Shown: piece by piece, positions 50,956-64,000 of the stretch
Layout: the number at the start of each line of letters is the position of its first letter
Position numbering within the stretch: position 1 is the stretch's first letter
Source of the DNA: Alphaproteobacteria bacterium
Lineage (GTDB): Bacteria > Pseudomonadota > Alphaproteobacteria > UBA6615
Direction: 5' to 3'
NCBI GenBank assembly: GCA_965248805.1
Contig: CBDFKJ010000006.1
Coordinates: 330,978 to 394,977 of the forward strand
DNA: 64,000 nt
Position numbers and translations under genes: made by a program
The notes under the pieces: generated by a model
The model's database searches: none
Told to the model about the DNA's origin: nothing
Seen by the model: the letters and a program-made list of their open reading frames with translations, nothing else

Positions 50956-51258
50956 GTGAATTTCTGCCGAGGCTCACACCCTACCGGGGGGCTGGCCCTG
51001 CGCGTCCTTGCCCTAATGGCTGCCGCGGGCATGGGCGCCTGCGCCATTACCGACCGCTACGACGCCGCCCAAATCATCAGCGCCAGCGATTCCGAGGTGG
51101 CGGTCCTCGTCGGCACGCGGCGCAACCCGAACCCGATCGCGTCCGAACACTGTGCCACGGTCGGCAGGACCTCGGTGCTCGACAGCTACGAGGTGGCAGA
51201 GACAACGGGACTCGGACCGACCGCGTTCGTCTACCGCTTTCGCTGCGTCGACCGGTGA
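50956..51258 (+). CDS. Small lipoprotein (host side)
   Basis: ...LALRVLALMAAAGMGACAITD (lipobox-like GMGAC). GTG start. Confidence 0.5.
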   Translation: MNFCRGSHPTGGLALRVLALMAAAGMGACAITDRYDAAQIISASDSEVAVLVGTRRNPNPIASEHCATVGRTSVLDSYEVAETTGLGPTAFVYRFRCVDR

Positions 51259-51299
51259 TCCGCCCGCGAGCGCAACGACCGGACGTTCGACTCTTATCC

Positions 51300-51482
51300 C
51301 TACGCTCGATGGCCGGAGCCGCGAATCAATATGATCGTGAGCAACCCCTGTGCCACGATGAACGCGGAGGCCACCCAAAGGTAGGGCTCAACGTCATCAG
51401 ACCGGCCCACATGAACGGCGTGCAACACACCCAGAGCGACGAGTAGGACTGCTCCAAAGAGCACGATTCTGTTCAATGTCAT
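51300..51482 (-). CDS. Small two-TM membrane protein (60 aa)
   Basis: MTLNRIVLFGAVLLVALGVLHAV...LWVASAFIVAQGLLTIILI. Confidence 0.4.
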   Translation of the reverse strand: MTLNRIVLFGAVLLVALGVLHAVHVGRSDDVEPYLWVASAFIVAQGLLTIILIRGSGHRA

Positions 51483-51854
51483 GGAAATGGCTCGCTCCGG
51501 GCTGTCTCTCCGAAGCAATCAAACCTGCGGTCTCCCAGCGGGCGGCGCAAGGTCTGCCCTAAGCAGCGGTTCCACGCGGCGGTAAGGTGCGCCTCAGCCG
51601 GCGGCGATCACGACGGCAACGCCCCAGGCAATCAGCGCGGTACCGCTGACACGGCCAATCGGCACGCCATGGGGCGTCAGCTTCTCACCCGCACGAACGC
51701 GAGCAGCAAGGCGCGGAAATTGCGCTGCGAACGGTCTTGGTGCTACCACTACAATCAGCTCCGACGGGTCGTTTTAGGACTCACGGGTCAATTGCATATC
51801 CTGGGGCGGAACACGCGGCCGATGCCGCCCGGAGTCGTCCATGGAGATGCAGTC

Positions 51855-53193
51855 ATGACTCGCAAAGATGCCCGCGGCGAGCCCACTTCAGCGACAACCG
51901 CGCCGGCGATCGAGGCCTTTGAGACTGCGCTCGGCCAATTCCATGCCTACCGCGGCGACCCGGTAGCAACCATCGACAGTGCGCTCGATGCGGACCCGGA
52001 CTTCGTCATGGGCCATGGTTTCCGTGCCGAGCTTCATATTTCCCTCTGGGAAAGGAGTGTCCTGCCCGAGATCCAAAAGAGTCTCGGCCGCCTGTCCGAG
52101 CTGGAGGCAAATGAGCGCGAGCGGGCGCACATCGCCGCAATCCGCGCCTGGTTCGGGGGCGACTGGGAAGGCTTCCGCGCGCGCCTCGACCGGCTGCTGG
52201 CCGAGCATCCGCGTGATGCGCTCGCGCTGCAGATCGGACACCTCTCCGACTTCTACCGCGGAGACCGGGACAACCTGCGGGCTCGCAATGCGCGGGCCCT
52301 GCCGGCCTGGTCGCCGGAGACGCCGGGGTACGGTTTCGTGCACGGCATGCTCGCTTTTGGCCAGGAAGAATGTGGCGACTACGGGCGCGCCGAAGAGAGC
52401 GGGCGGCACGCCATCGAGCTGGAGGCGGACGACTTGCTGGGCTCAACACGCCGTCGCGCACGTCATGGAGATACAGGCCCGTCAGGCCGAGGGCATCGCC
52501 TTCATGGAGTCCCGCCAGGACCATTGGGCACAGGACGACAACGCCTTCGCGTTCCACAACTGGTGGCACACGGCGCTCTTCTACCTCGACCAGGGGGACG
52601 CCGTGAAGGCACTGGCGCTCCACGACAGCAGGGTCCGACCCGAGGCGTCGGAGATCCAACTCGAAATGCTCGACGCCACCGCGTTGCTCTGGCGCCTGCA
52701 CCTGCGCGGCATCGATGTCGGCGATCGCTGGCAGGAGCTGGCGGCGACCTATGATCGGATCGCCGACGACGGCTTCTACGCCTTCAACGACATGCACGCC
52801 ATGATGAGCTACGTTGCATCAGGGCGTGCCGCGGCGGCGGCGCGCCTGCTGGCCGCGGTCAAGCGGGCGGCGGAGACCGAAGGCACCAACGGTGGTATGA
52901 CGCGGGCCGTGGGCCTGCCCATCGTGCGGGCGGTCGAGGCTTTCGGTCGCGAACGCTATGGTGAAGCGGTCGAACTCCTTCTGCCGGTCCGTTACCGCGC
53001 GCATGCCTTCGGAGGCAGTCACGCCCAGCGCGACATCGTGCATCGGACGCTACTGGAAGCAGCGCTTCGCGACGGGCAGTATGCCCTCGCCTACGCGCTC
53101 GCCAGTGAGCGCACGGCGCTGAAGTCACATTGTGCCTTCAGCTGGCAACTCCGCCGGCGTGCGAGCGACGGGCGTGAAGCAATCGCAGTCTAG
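51855..53193 (+). pseudogene. TPR-containing protein (TTC38-like family), frameshifted near 52425-52440
   Basis: Frame 1 reads MTRKDARGEPTSA...GDYGRAEESGRHAIELEADD. It continues in another frame as WAQHAVAHVMEIQARQAEGIAFMESRQDHWAQDDNAFAFHNWWHTALFYLD... Confidence 0.7.
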
Positions 53194-53330
53194 CAGCCGG
53201 CGAAGCCTTTCAAAGCGCGGATCGCCAAAGTAGCCTTCATCGAGAGTTCGGACGGCTTGGCAGTGGCCGAGCACGGGCGGCGCATGGAGCGCCCGCGGGT
53301 GGGGCTCGGTGAGGTAGACAATTCCGAATA

Positions 53331-54107
53331 ATGGTCGCCGGTCCCGCCGAAGAACGCATCAAGCGGGTCCTGCGCGAGATCGCCGCGGAGTATCCAGCCG
53401 ACCTGCGCAGCGGTCAGCGGGCGGACATCGATCGTATCGCGTTCAACATCGGTCTGGTCGTCGCACGAACGCGCGAGGACGCACGCGTGTGCGACATCGG
53501 CGGCGGCGTCGGCATGTTCTCAGTCGGATGTGCAGCGCTCGGCATGACGGCGCATCTCGTCGATGACTTCAACGATACCGTCAACAAACTGCACGGCGAA
53601 GATATGCTCGCCCTGCACAAACAACGGGGCGTGCACGTCATTCGGTGCGATGTGGTCTCCGAGCCTCTCGACCTCGAAACGGACTCATTTGACGCCATCA
53701 CCTCGTTCGACAGCATGGAGCACTGGCACAATTCGCCGAAGTCCCTGTTCCATCGGCTGACAGGCGCGCTGGCGCCGGGCGGGATTTTCGTCCTGGGCGT
53801 GCCGAATTGCGTCAATTTGCGCAAGCGTCTCTCCGTACCTCTTGGCTCCGGCAAATGGAGTTCGATGGACGACTGGTACGAGGAGCCCGTCTTCCGCGGG
53901 CATGTGCGCGAGCCCGACGTCGCGGATTTGCAATACATCGCGCGCGACCTGGGGCTCCGGAACGTCGAGATCATCGGCCGGAACTGGCTCGGCTATCATT
54001 CACGCATCGGGCTCGTGCGCCGCGCCATGCCGCTTGCGGATCGGCTCTTGAGTCGCTTTCCGACACTCTGCGCCGACCTTTACATGATTGGCCGGAAGCC
54101 GGCGTGA
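53331..54107 (+). CDS. Class I SAM-dependent methyltransferase
   Basis: VCDIGGGVGMFSVGCAALG (motif I), with DAITSFDSMEHW downstream. Confidence 0.7.
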   Translation: MVAGPAEERIKRVLREIAAEYPADLRSGQRADIDRIAFNIGLVVARTREDARVCDIGGGVGMFSVGCAALGMTAHLVDDFNDTVNKLHGEDMLALHKQRGVHVIRCDVVSEPLDLETDSFDAITSFDSMEHWHNSPKSLFHRLTGALAPGGIFVLGVPNCVNLRKRLSVPLGSGKWSSMDDWYEEPVFRGHVREPDVADLQYIARDLGLRNVEIIGRNWLGYHSRIGLVRRAMPLADRLLSRFPTLCADLYMIGRKPA

Positions 54108-54125
54108 TCGAGGCGGCCGAGCCTA

Positions 54126-55274
54126 TCAGGTTCGCTTGAACTGCTTGGCAAGGGCCAGACCCTGATCCTGGTACTTGGAACCAATCGACGGGCCATAGAC
54201 TTTCGCCGGCATCTCGCTCAACGGCTCGTAGATCAGTCGCCCGACGATCTGGCCGTCCTCCAGCAGGAACGGTACCTCGTGTGAGCGCACCTCGAGCACC
54301 GCCCGCGTGCCTTCGATTTCACCTTCGGCGCCGTGGCCGAAACCGGGGTCGAAGAACCCGGCGTAGTGGACGCGAAACTCGCCGACCGAAGGGTCGTAGG
54401 CCACCATTTCAGCGGCGTGGTCCGGCGGCACGCGGATCTTCTCCTTCGAGACAAACAAGTGGAAGGCGTCCGGTTCCAGCACAACCGAGTTGTCATGCGA
54501 CGTTAGAATTACATCCCAATAGTCTGGCATGTCGTAGTAATCCAACTTGGCAATCTCGATGATCGAACTGTGCTGGCGGGCGCGATAGCCGGCGACATTG
54601 CTGCCCTCGACGCCGGCCAGATCGATGCCGACCCGCAGCCCGCCTTCGATGTGCGCGGGCGCCGGCGCATCTTCCCGGTAGACCAGGCCGCGGTCGGCGT
54701 CGAGGCGCGCCAGAGTCGGCCCCGAATAGGCCGGCGCGCCCCGGGAGAAGCGCAGCTGGTTCAGGCAATCACCGGCGCGGGCCAGCACCGTAAACGTGCG
54801 CGGAGCGATCTCGACATAGAGCTGCCCGCGGTAGCCCTTGGCGACCTGATCGAACACCGCGCTGTAGTCGGTGATGAGACGGGTAAAGACATCCAGCCGG
54901 CCGGTGCTGCTTTTGGCATTGGCGCGCGCGGAGATGCCCTTCGGCAGCTGCAGCGATTCTTGCAGCGGTACAACGTAGACGCAGCCCCGCTCCAGCACCG
55001 CGCCTGCGCTCAGATCCATGGTGTGCATCTTCAGGGTATCGATCTTGCGCGCGACCGGCGCCCGCTCGCCGGGCAGAAAGCTCGCCCGTACGCGGTGGGC
55101 GACATTGCCCAGGCGCAGGTCCAGGCTCGCCGGCTGGATCTGTTCCTCGCCGATCGGCGCGTCTGCGCGCACCGCGCCGCGTTCGATCAGCGCCGTGATT
55201 CGCTGTGACGGCAAGATACCGCCGCGGGTCGCGACCGACACGTCGGCATCCGGAAACAGAGCGGCCCCCGTCAT
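54126..55274 (-). CDS. dcd: 2'-deoxycytidine 5'-triphosphate deaminase, long two-domain form
   Basis: 382 aa with ...QIQPASLDLRLG...ANAKSSTGRLDVFTR...FHLFVSKEKIRVPPDHAAEM... Confidence 0.7.
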   Translation of the reverse strand: MTGAALFPDADVSVATRGGILPSQRITALIERGAVRADAPIGEEQIQPASLDLRLGNVAHRVRASFLPGERAPVARKIDTLKMHTMDLSAGAVLERGCVYVVPLQESLQLPKGISARANAKSSTGRLDVFTRLITDYSAVFDQVAKGYRGQLYVEIAPRTFTVLARAGDCLNQLRFSRGAPAYSGPTLARLDADRGLVYREDAPAPAHIEGGLRVGIDLAGVEGSNVAGYRARQHSSIIEIAKLDYYDMPDYWDVILTSHDNSVVLEPDAFHLFVSKEKIRVPPDHAAEMVAYDPSVGEFRVHYAGFFDPGFGHGAEGEIEGTRAVLEVRSHEVPFLLEDGQIVGRLIYEPLSEMPAKVYGPSIGSKYQDQGLALAKQFKRT

Positions 55275-55298
55275 GGCACCGCCTTTCCGACTGCCGCG

Positions 55299-55751
55299 CT
55301 AAAAAGGAATGTCGTCGTCGAGATCGACCGGACCACCACCGCCAGACGGCGGGCCCTCGCGTCCCGGCTCTCCGCGGTCGCCCTCGTCGCTGACGTCGCC
55401 GCGGCCATCAAGCATGATCAACTGACCGCGGAAGCGACGCAGCACGACTTCGGTGGAGTAGCGATCCTGCCCCGACTGATCGGTCCACTTGCGGGTTTGC
55501 AGCTCGCCCTCCAGATACACCTTTCGGCCCTTCTGTAGGTAGCGCTCGGCGACACCGACGATGTTCTGATCGAATACCACGACCCGGTGCCACTCGGTGC
55601 GCTCCTGCATGTCGCCGGTGCCCTTGTCGCGCCAGCGCTCCGACGTCGCGACCGACAGATTGGCCACCTTGTCGCCGGACTGCATGGACCGGATTTCCGG
55701 ATCGCGGCCCAGATTGCCGACCAGGATTACTTTGTTGACGCTGCCCGCCAT
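55299..55751 (-). CDS. ssb: Single-stranded DNA-binding protein
   Basis: [21 protein letters not shown]...TEWHRVVVF... with the C-terminal DLDDDIPF tip. Start at the internal ATG 55751. Confidence 0.9.
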   Translation of the reverse strand: MAGSVNKVILVGNLGRDPEIRSMQSGDKVANLSVATSERWRDKGTGDMQERTEWHRVVVFDQNIVGVAERYLQKGRKVYLEGELQTRKWTDQSGQDRYSTEVVLRRFRGQLIMLDGRGDVSDEGDRGEPGREGPPSGGGGPVDLDDDIPF

Positions 55752-55940
55752 TTTCCGCGGCTCCGTTTTGAGTCGTGCCAAATTGGCATAGACCACCAAC
55801 CGTGCCAACCGCCGAGGCCCCGGTTTACCCACATTTCGGGTAGGCACCGGGCCGATGTCAGGCATAGCAATTTGCTCACCGAATCGCCATCCTAGAGCCT
55901 CATTGGGCGCGGCGATTGGCGCCGATGGTGGGACCCGATC

Positions 55941-58799
<2,859 letters not shown>

Positions 58800-58812
58800 T
58801 CGGGCAGCCGGA

Positions 58813-59989
58813 TTGAGCACGGCATCTGCGGGACCCCGGGCCGCAGAGCTGACCGACTGGCTGCTGGATCAGGGCCGCCAGATCAGGCGCACCCGTGACC
58901 TGCTCTCCGCGTTGTGCCGAAAGATGAACGACGCCGGTGTGCCGGTGTGGCGCTCCACGATCCACATCCGCCAGCTGCATCCGGAATTGTTCGGGCGCAC
59001 CTATTTATGGACCGAAGACATGAAGACGGCGCAGCAGATCCCGAGACGCTTCGGCGTCCAGGATACTGCCTTCTTCCGTGACAGCCCCATCGCCCTAATC
59101 TACGACGGCGGGCCGGCAATGCGCCGCCGGCTCGCGGGAGCGCAGGCGCAGATCGACTTTCCGATCCTCGCCGAACTGCAGGCCGACGGCGCCAGCGACT
59201 ACACGGCCCATCCGGTTCGCTTCGGCACCGGCGATCAGATGGCGATCACCTTCGCGACCCGGCGCCCGGATGGCTTTGCGGACCGCGATCTGGCGCTGAT
59301 CGACGCCATTCTGCCGGCGCTTTCCCCGTTGCTGGAACTGCGACAGGTGTACCTCAACGCCGAGGCATTGCTCGACACTTATGTCGGGCACGACGCCGGC
59401 GCGCGCATTCTGTCGGGCGACATTCACCGCGGCGATCCTGTGGATGTGCGACATCCGCGACTTCACGCGAACGAGCGAGGCATTACCCAGGGACACCCTA
59501 ATCGGGCTGCTCAACGATTTCTTCGACTGCATGGCCGAGCCGGTCCATGCGCATGGCGGCGAAGTGCTGAAATTCATGGGTGACGCCATGCTGGCGATCT
59601 TTCGCCTGGACGCGGACGCTGCCGCGCAAGGGCACCACGCGCTGGCGGCGGCGCGCGAAGCAACTTCGCGGGTCGACGACCTCAACCAACGCCGTACCGA
59701 GGCCAGGGAGGACGCGATCCGCTACGGTCTGGCGCTGCGTGTTGGCGAAGTGATCTATGGCAATATCGGTGCATCGAACCGCCTGGACTTCACGGTCATC
59801 GGACTCGCCGTTAACCGGGTCGCCCGGCTGGAGACGCTGCGGACGACGCTCGATTGCGGTCTGGTGCTGTCGGCGGACTTCGTGGCCCAATTCCCCGGCG
59901 ACTACGTCTCGCTGGGCCACCACCAATTGCGCGGGATCGCCGCGCCGGAGGAAGTGTTCGCGCCGCGGTCGTTGGCAAGCCCCTCTTGA
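58813..59989 (+). pseudogene. Class III adenylate/guanylate cyclase with N-terminal sensor domain, frameshifted near 59420-59440
   Basis: Frame 1 ends ...GARILSGDIHRGD. The catalytic domain continues in another frame as AAILWMCDIRDFTRTSE...GGEVLKFMGDAMLAIF...GEVIYGNIGASNRLDFTVIGLAVNRVARLE. Confidence 0.7.
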
Positions 59990-60013
59990 GCGGGCAAAAC
60001 TGAGGGCACGATA

Positions 60014-61375
60014 ATGGACAACATGGAGCCGATCCACGTCATCGGCGGCGGACTGGCCGGCTGCGAGGCCGCGTGGCAGATCGCGCGCGCCGGCGGGCGC
60101 GTGATCCTGCATGAAATGCGCCCCGGGACATCGACTCCCGCGCATCAAACCGACCAACTCGCGGAGTTGGTGTGCTCGAACTCCTTCCGTTCCGACGACG
60201 CCGAGTACAACGCGGTCGGGCTGCTCCATGCCGAGATGCGCGCCTGCGACTCCCTCATCATGGCCTGCGGTGACTGTCACAAGGTGCCGGCGGGCGGTGC
60301 GCTCGCGGTCGACCGCAACGGATTCGCGGCAGAGGTGGGGGAACGTCTCAGCACACACAAGCGTGTCGCGATCGAGCGCGGCGAGGTCGCCGGACTGCCG
60401 CCCGCGGACTGGCCGTCGGTCATCGTCGCGACCGGACCCCTGACCTCGGCCGGCCTAAGTGCGGCGATCCTGGCGCTCACCGGCGAAGCGAACCTCGCCT
60501 TCTTCGATGCCATCGCGCCGATCGTTTACAAGGAGTCGATCGACTTCGACGTGGCCTGGTTTCAGTCGCGCTACGACAAGGGCGGGCCGGCCGGCGACGG
60601 CCGCGACTACATCAACTGCCCGCTAAGCCGGGACGAATATCTCGGCTTCATCGACGCGCTTCGGTCGGCTGAAAAGACCGTCTTCCGCGAGTGGGAGATG
60701 GATACGCCCTACTTCGAGGGCTGCCTGCCGATCGAAGTGATGGCCGAGCGCGGTATCGACACGCTGCGCTTCGGGCCGATGAAACCGGTTGGATTGACCG
60801 ATCCGCGCACCGGCGCACGGTCCCACGCGGTCGTGCAGCTGCGTCAGGACAACGCGCTCGGCACCCTCTACAACATCGTCGGCTTCCAGACCAAGCTGAA
60901 GTATGGGGCGCAGACGGAAGTGTTTCGCCGCATCCCCGGCCTGGCGAATGCCGAGTTCGCGCGCCTCGGCGGCGTGCATCGCAACACCTTCATCAACAGC
61001 CCCAAGCTGCTCGACGGGGAGCTGCGCTTGAAAGCCATGCCGCGCCTGCGCTTCGCAGGGCAAATGACCGGCGTCGAAGGCTATGTCGAAAGCGCCGCCA
61101 TCGGCCTTCTCGCCGGTCGCTTCGCCGCGGCAGAGCGCACCCGGACGACGATTGCCCCTCCGCCGCCAACCACCGCGCTTGGCGCCCTGATCGGTCACAT
61201 CACCGGCGGCGCCGACGCCCAGACCTTTCAGCCGATGAATGCCAACTTCGGCCTGTTCCCGCCTCTGCCCGGCCGCCTGCGGGGTCGCGAGCGCAGACGC
61301 GCCGTCACCCAGCGTGCTCGCGCGGATCTCGACGCGTGGCTCACCGATCAGGGCACGCTAGTAGCCGCCGAATAG
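60014..61375 (+). CDS. trmFO: Methylenetetrahydrofolate--tRNA-(uracil-5-)-methyltransferase TrmFO
   Basis: ...[22 protein letters not shown]...[14 protein letters not shown]...[15 protein letters not shown]... Confidence 0.9.
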   Translation: MDNMEPIHVIGGGLAGCEAAWQIARAGGRVILHEMRPGTSTPAHQTDQLAELVCSNSFRSDDAEYNAVGLLHAEMRACDSLIMACGDCHKVPAGGALAVDRNGFAAEVGERLSTHKRVAIERGEVAGLPPADWPSVIVATGPLTSAGLSAAILALTGEANLAFFDAIAPIVYKESIDFDVAWFQSRYDKGGPAGDGRDYINCPLSRDEYLGFIDALRSAEKTVFREWEMDTPYFEGCLPIEVMAERGIDTLRFGPMKPVGLTDPRTGARSHAVVQLRQDNALGTLYNIVGFQTKLKYGAQTEVFRRIPGLANAEFARLGGVHRNTFINSPKLLDGELRLKAMPRLRFAGQMTGVEGYVESAAIGLLAGRFAAAERTRTTIAPPPPTTALGALIGHITGGADAQTFQPMNANFGLFPPLPGRLRGRERRRAVTQRARADLDAWLTDQGTLVAAE

Positions 61376-62185
61376 CGCCGACCACAGCACGCGCCGCATT
61401 CGCCCGCGCGCGACCGGGGACAGCCGAAACGGATCGAACCGCGCGCGATCCAACTCGGCGAGACCCGCGTCCGCGGCGCGCGCCAGCAGCAAGACCGGCC
61501 GCCCGGCGGGCGGCATGGCGGGACGCAGCGACCGGGCCGTCGCGAGATGGGCCGCAGCCTGCGCGCAGATCGACTCGACCACCCACGCAAATGATTTGCA
61601 TTGCGCCGCAGGATCCAGCCCGACCTCGCGCATCATCGCTTCCGGGAAGAAGACTAGCTGCCTGGAGCCCGGCAAGGCCGCCGAGCGAACGATGCGCAGC
61701 AAGGCCCGCGCTGCGCCGATGTGCCTGACGGCCAGTATCGGTAGATCGTCACCTATGCCCAGCGACCGCATCAAGAGTTCGGACAGCGCACCGCCGCCGA
61801 CGTAGGCATGGTCATCGAGTTCAGCGAGTGTCGCCGGCGGCGTCTCTTCCAACTCGCGTGCATAGGCGTCGAGCAACGAGCCGAACTGAGCCTGCGGCAG
61901 GTCGCCCGCGCCGATGGCTTCTGCCAACGGCTCCAAGACGGGGTGCGTCGACGGCACGCCCGCGTAGATCCGGTCGATGGAGTCGCGCCACCACTGCAGC
62001 CGCATCTGGCCCAGCAGCGGCTCGCTGACCGACTCGCCAATGCGCGCGACCTCCGCATTGAACGCCAACAGCGCGAACAGCGCCTCCCGCGACGCGGCTG
62101 GGGCGAACAAGGCGCACAAGTAGCCTTCGCGGTCGAGACGCCGCGTCTGCTGCGCGCAATAGGAAAGCCGGCCCACGCCAAACAT
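61358..62185 (-). CDS. Squalene/phytoene synthase-family protein
   Basis: ...[21 protein letters not shown]...[31 protein letters not shown]... Start taken at the internal ATG. Confidence 0.55.
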   Translation of the reverse strand: MFGVGRLSYCAQQTRRLDREGYLCALFAPAASREALFALLAFNAEVARIGESVSEPLLGQMRLQWWRDSIDRIYAGVPSTHPVLEPLAEAIGAGDLPQAQFGSLLDAYARELEETPPATLAELDDHAYVGGGALSELLMRSLGIGDDLPILAVRHIGAARALLRIVRSAALPGSRQLVFFPEAMMREVGLDPAAQCKSFAWVVESICAQAAAHLATARSLRPAMPPAGRPVLLLARAADAGLAELDRARFDPFRLSPVARGRMRRVLWSALFGGY

Positions 62186-62261
62186 GGCGCGGAGACTATT
62201 CGCTCGCGCCCCTGCAGGCGAGCACATGGCGTCGGCAGCACAGCCCGGCTAGGCTGCGGCC

Positions 62262-63524
62262 GTGAGCGGGCGCCTGCACATCATCGGGGCCGGGTTGGCC
62301 GGACTCGCCTGCGCCGTTACGGCAGCACAGGCCGGCGTCGCCGTTAGCATCTACGAGGCCGCCCGCCGCGCCGGCGGCCGTTGCCGCTCGTTCCACGACG
62401 CCACGATCGATCGGCTGATCGACAACGGCAACCACATCATCCTGGGCGGCAACCGTGCCGCCTTCAGCTATCTGCAGACCATCGACGCCCGCGACCGCCT
62501 GATGGCCGTGGAGCCACCGGCATTTCCGTTCAGAGATCTGCGCGACGGCGCCGAGTGGCGATTGGTCGCGGGCTTGAGCGGCCTGCCAGGACTGCTGTCG
62601 AAAGGCCATGGCCCGGGCGGCAGTCTGCGCGATTTGGTGCGACTTGTGCGTCTGGCAATGGCCGGACCCGGCGCCACGGTCGCAGATATCTTGGGGGCCG
62701 ACGGAGCGCTGTACGAACGCGTCTGGACGCCCCTGACCGTGGCGGCCCTCAACACCCAACCGGAAGCCGCCTCCGCCCGGCTGTTGTGGACCGGCCTCTC
62801 TCGGATCGTGTTGCGCGGCCCGGCCGCGTCGCAGCCTTTTATCGCGCGCAAGGGCCTGGGCGACGCTTTGATCGAGCCCGCGGTGCACTACCTCGAACGA
62901 CAAGGCGGCACGTTGCGGTTCGGCACGCGCGTGACCCGTCTCGGATTCGACGACGAGCGCCTGTCGGCGATCGAGACGGCCAATGAACAGATCACTCTCG
63001 ATCGGGATGACACGGCGGTAGCGGCGGTTCCGCCAGCGGGCGCCAACGCTTTGCTGCCTGGCCTGCGCGCACCCGAGGCGTCGTGCGCCATCGTCAACGC
63101 ACACTTTCGCCTGGCCGCACCCGCTTCACTCCCGCGCAGCGCGCCCTTGCTCGGGCTCGTGGGCGGCACCGCGGAGTGGATATTTGCGCGCGGCACCGTG
63201 GTGTCGGTGACGGTGAGCGCCGCGGACGCCTTGGCAGTCCGCAGCAACGAGGCCGTCGCCGAGATGCTGTGGGCCGACGTTGCCGGCGCCCTGGCTCTAC
63301 CGCCAGCGCCCATGCCGCCGGTGCGTATCATCAAGGAAAAGCGCGCGACGCCCGCGCAAACGCCCTACTTCGCGCTCAGCCGCCCAGGATGCGAGACGCC
63401 GTGGCCCAACCTGTGGCTCGCCGGCGATTGGACCGACACCGGGCTGCCGGCGACCATCGAAAGCGCCATTGCTTCCGGCCAGCGCGCGGCGCACGTCGCC
63501 GTCGAGGCCATGAGGCGCGGCTGA
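62262..63524 (+). CDS. FAD-dependent oxidoreductase, HpnE-like (hydroxysqualene dehydroxylase family)
   Basis: LHIIGAGLAGLACAV (dinucleotide fold), ...GGRCRSF...IDNGNHIILG..., ...LWLAGDWTDTGLPATIESAIASG. GTG start. Confidence 0.65.
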   Translation: MSGRLHIIGAGLAGLACAVTAAQAGVAVSIYEAARRAGGRCRSFHDATIDRLIDNGNHIILGGNRAAFSYLQTIDARDRLMAVEPPAFPFRDLRDGAEWRLVAGLSGLPGLLSKGHGPGGSLRDLVRLVRLAMAGPGATVADILGADGALYERVWTPLTVAALNTQPEAASARLLWTGLSRIVLRGPAASQPFIARKGLGDALIEPAVHYLERQGGTLRFGTRVTRLGFDDERLSAIETANEQITLDRDDTAVAAVPPAGANALLPGLRAPEASCAIVNAHFRLAAPASLPRSAPLLGLVGGTAEWIFARGTVVSVTVSAADALAVRSNEAVAEMLWADVAGALALPPAPMPPVRIIKEKRATPAQTPYFALSRPGCETPWPNLWLAGDWTDTGLPATIESAIASGQRAAHVAVEAMRRG

Positions 63525-63600
63525 GCGGGCGGACATTGTATCGACTCCATACGTCGGTATAACGTGCCGCTCAAATTTCTATCGGCAAGCGAGGGCCAAC

Positions 63601-63711
63601 ATGAAAAATCCGCTGGAGTCACTGCAGACGACGATCATTCTGGGGATCGTCCTGACCGTGATCATGATCCTGGTCGTTGAAGCGATTCCGCCGGCCACCA
63701 TGACGCCGTAG
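63601..63711 (+). CDS. Possible 36-aa single-TM peptide
   Basis: MKNPLESLQTTIILGIVLTVIMILVVEAIPPATMTP lies immediately upstream of the next membrane-protein gene. It is below the ORF-track size cut-off. Confidence 0.3.
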   Translation: MKNPLESLQTTIILGIVLTVIMILVVEAIPPATMTP

Positions 63712-63738
63712 CACGCATTCAATCGAGGAGGCGAGACC

Positions 63739-64000
63739 ATGGACTTCGGACTGTGGATCGAATTATTGGTGCGCTGGTTCCACGTGCTGAGCGGTGTGAT
63801 GTGGATCGGCCTGCTGTGGTACTTCAATTTCGTCCAGATCCCGACGGTGCCCAAGATCCCCGACGAACTGAAGCCGGCGATAGGCAAGCACATCGCTCCT
63901 GTAGCCTTGTTCTGGTTCCGCTGGGGCGCGGCGTCGACGGTTGTCTGGGGCATAGTTCTCGGGCTGATGGGGGTGTATTCCCTGAACCCGTTGCTGCTCG
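63739..64000 (+). CDS. Membrane protein, N-terminal part (continues beyond the window)
   Basis: GAGGAGG RBS. MDFGLWIELLVRWFHVLSGVMWIGLLWYFNFVQIP... recalls the membrane domain of PuuD-type proteins, but the family is uncertain. Confidence 0.55.
   Translation, partial: MDFGLWIELLVRWFHVLSGVMWIGLLWYFNFVQIPTVPKIPDELKPAIGKHIAPVALFWFRWGAASTVVWGIVLGLMGVYSLNPLLL

Larger units (their letters stand above)
9900..50972. mobile_element. Prophage, HK97-type siphovirus-like, about 41 kb (boundaries approximate)
   Basis: A contiguous, complete set: integrase, excisionase, repressor, replication/recombination, terminase, portal, protease, capsid, tail, lysis. The left limit is set by IS630 copy B and the integrase. 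The right limit lies between the fibre gene (50571) and host-like genes. A tentative 9-bp repeat CTGCCGAGG occurs at 9913 and 50964. Confidence 0.85.

Noticed and set aside
51522-51700. Minus-strand fragment ending ...LTPHGVPIGRVSGTALIAWGVAVVIAAG* (stop at about 51596)
   Set aside because: Only about 45 codons are open, a stop lies just upstream and there is no clear start. It is probably a gene remnant or chance ORF.
63579-63953. 124-aa minus-strand ORF near the right edge
   Set aside because: It is antisense to two plus-strand membrane-protein ORFs that have good ribosome-binding sites and sensible hydrophobic profiles.

Overview
High-GC (roughly 62-66% by eye) alphaproteobacterial chromosome segment; gene content looks Bradyrhizobiaceae/Nitrobacteraceae-like, which is an inference. 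There are three parts. (1) 1-9.9 kb is an IS-riddled host region. It holds a partial IS3-family element, two near-identical 889-bp IS630-family copies, a decayed IS407-like element and a frameshifted IS1595-like element with an 8-bp target duplication. These are interleaved with arfB, a cone-less class I ribonucleotide reductase pair (nrdA, nrdB) and ynfA. (2) About 9.9-51.0 kb is a roughly 41-kb HK97-type siphovirus-like prophage. In order it carries: integrase/excisionase; a leftward early operon (RecT, Gp157-like, J-domain, DUF5131-like); a cI-like repressor plus co-oriented lipoprotein; a rightward early operon (GapR-like, RuvC-like, N6-MTase, DUF1376-like); an antisense four-gene AAA+(MoxR-like)/unknown/HExxH-VWA/DUF488-like operon; then HNH, MTase-like, ParB-like, terminase, portal, protease, capsid, an embedded lysis cassette, connectors, tail tube, G/GT-type chaperone, tape measure, tail tip and fibre genes. 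(3) 51-64 kb is host housekeeping: dcd, ssb, uvrA, trmFO, an HpnE-like oxidoreductase and two frameshifted genes. The strongest candidates for something new are the antisense MoxR-like/VWA/DUF488 operon, an 867-bp array of 63/69-bp tandem repeats at the 5' end of a tail-tip gene, and the repressor-linked lipoprotein. No tRNA, rRNA or CRISPR array was found. All calls come from reading the sequence and ORF translations; no database search was possible.
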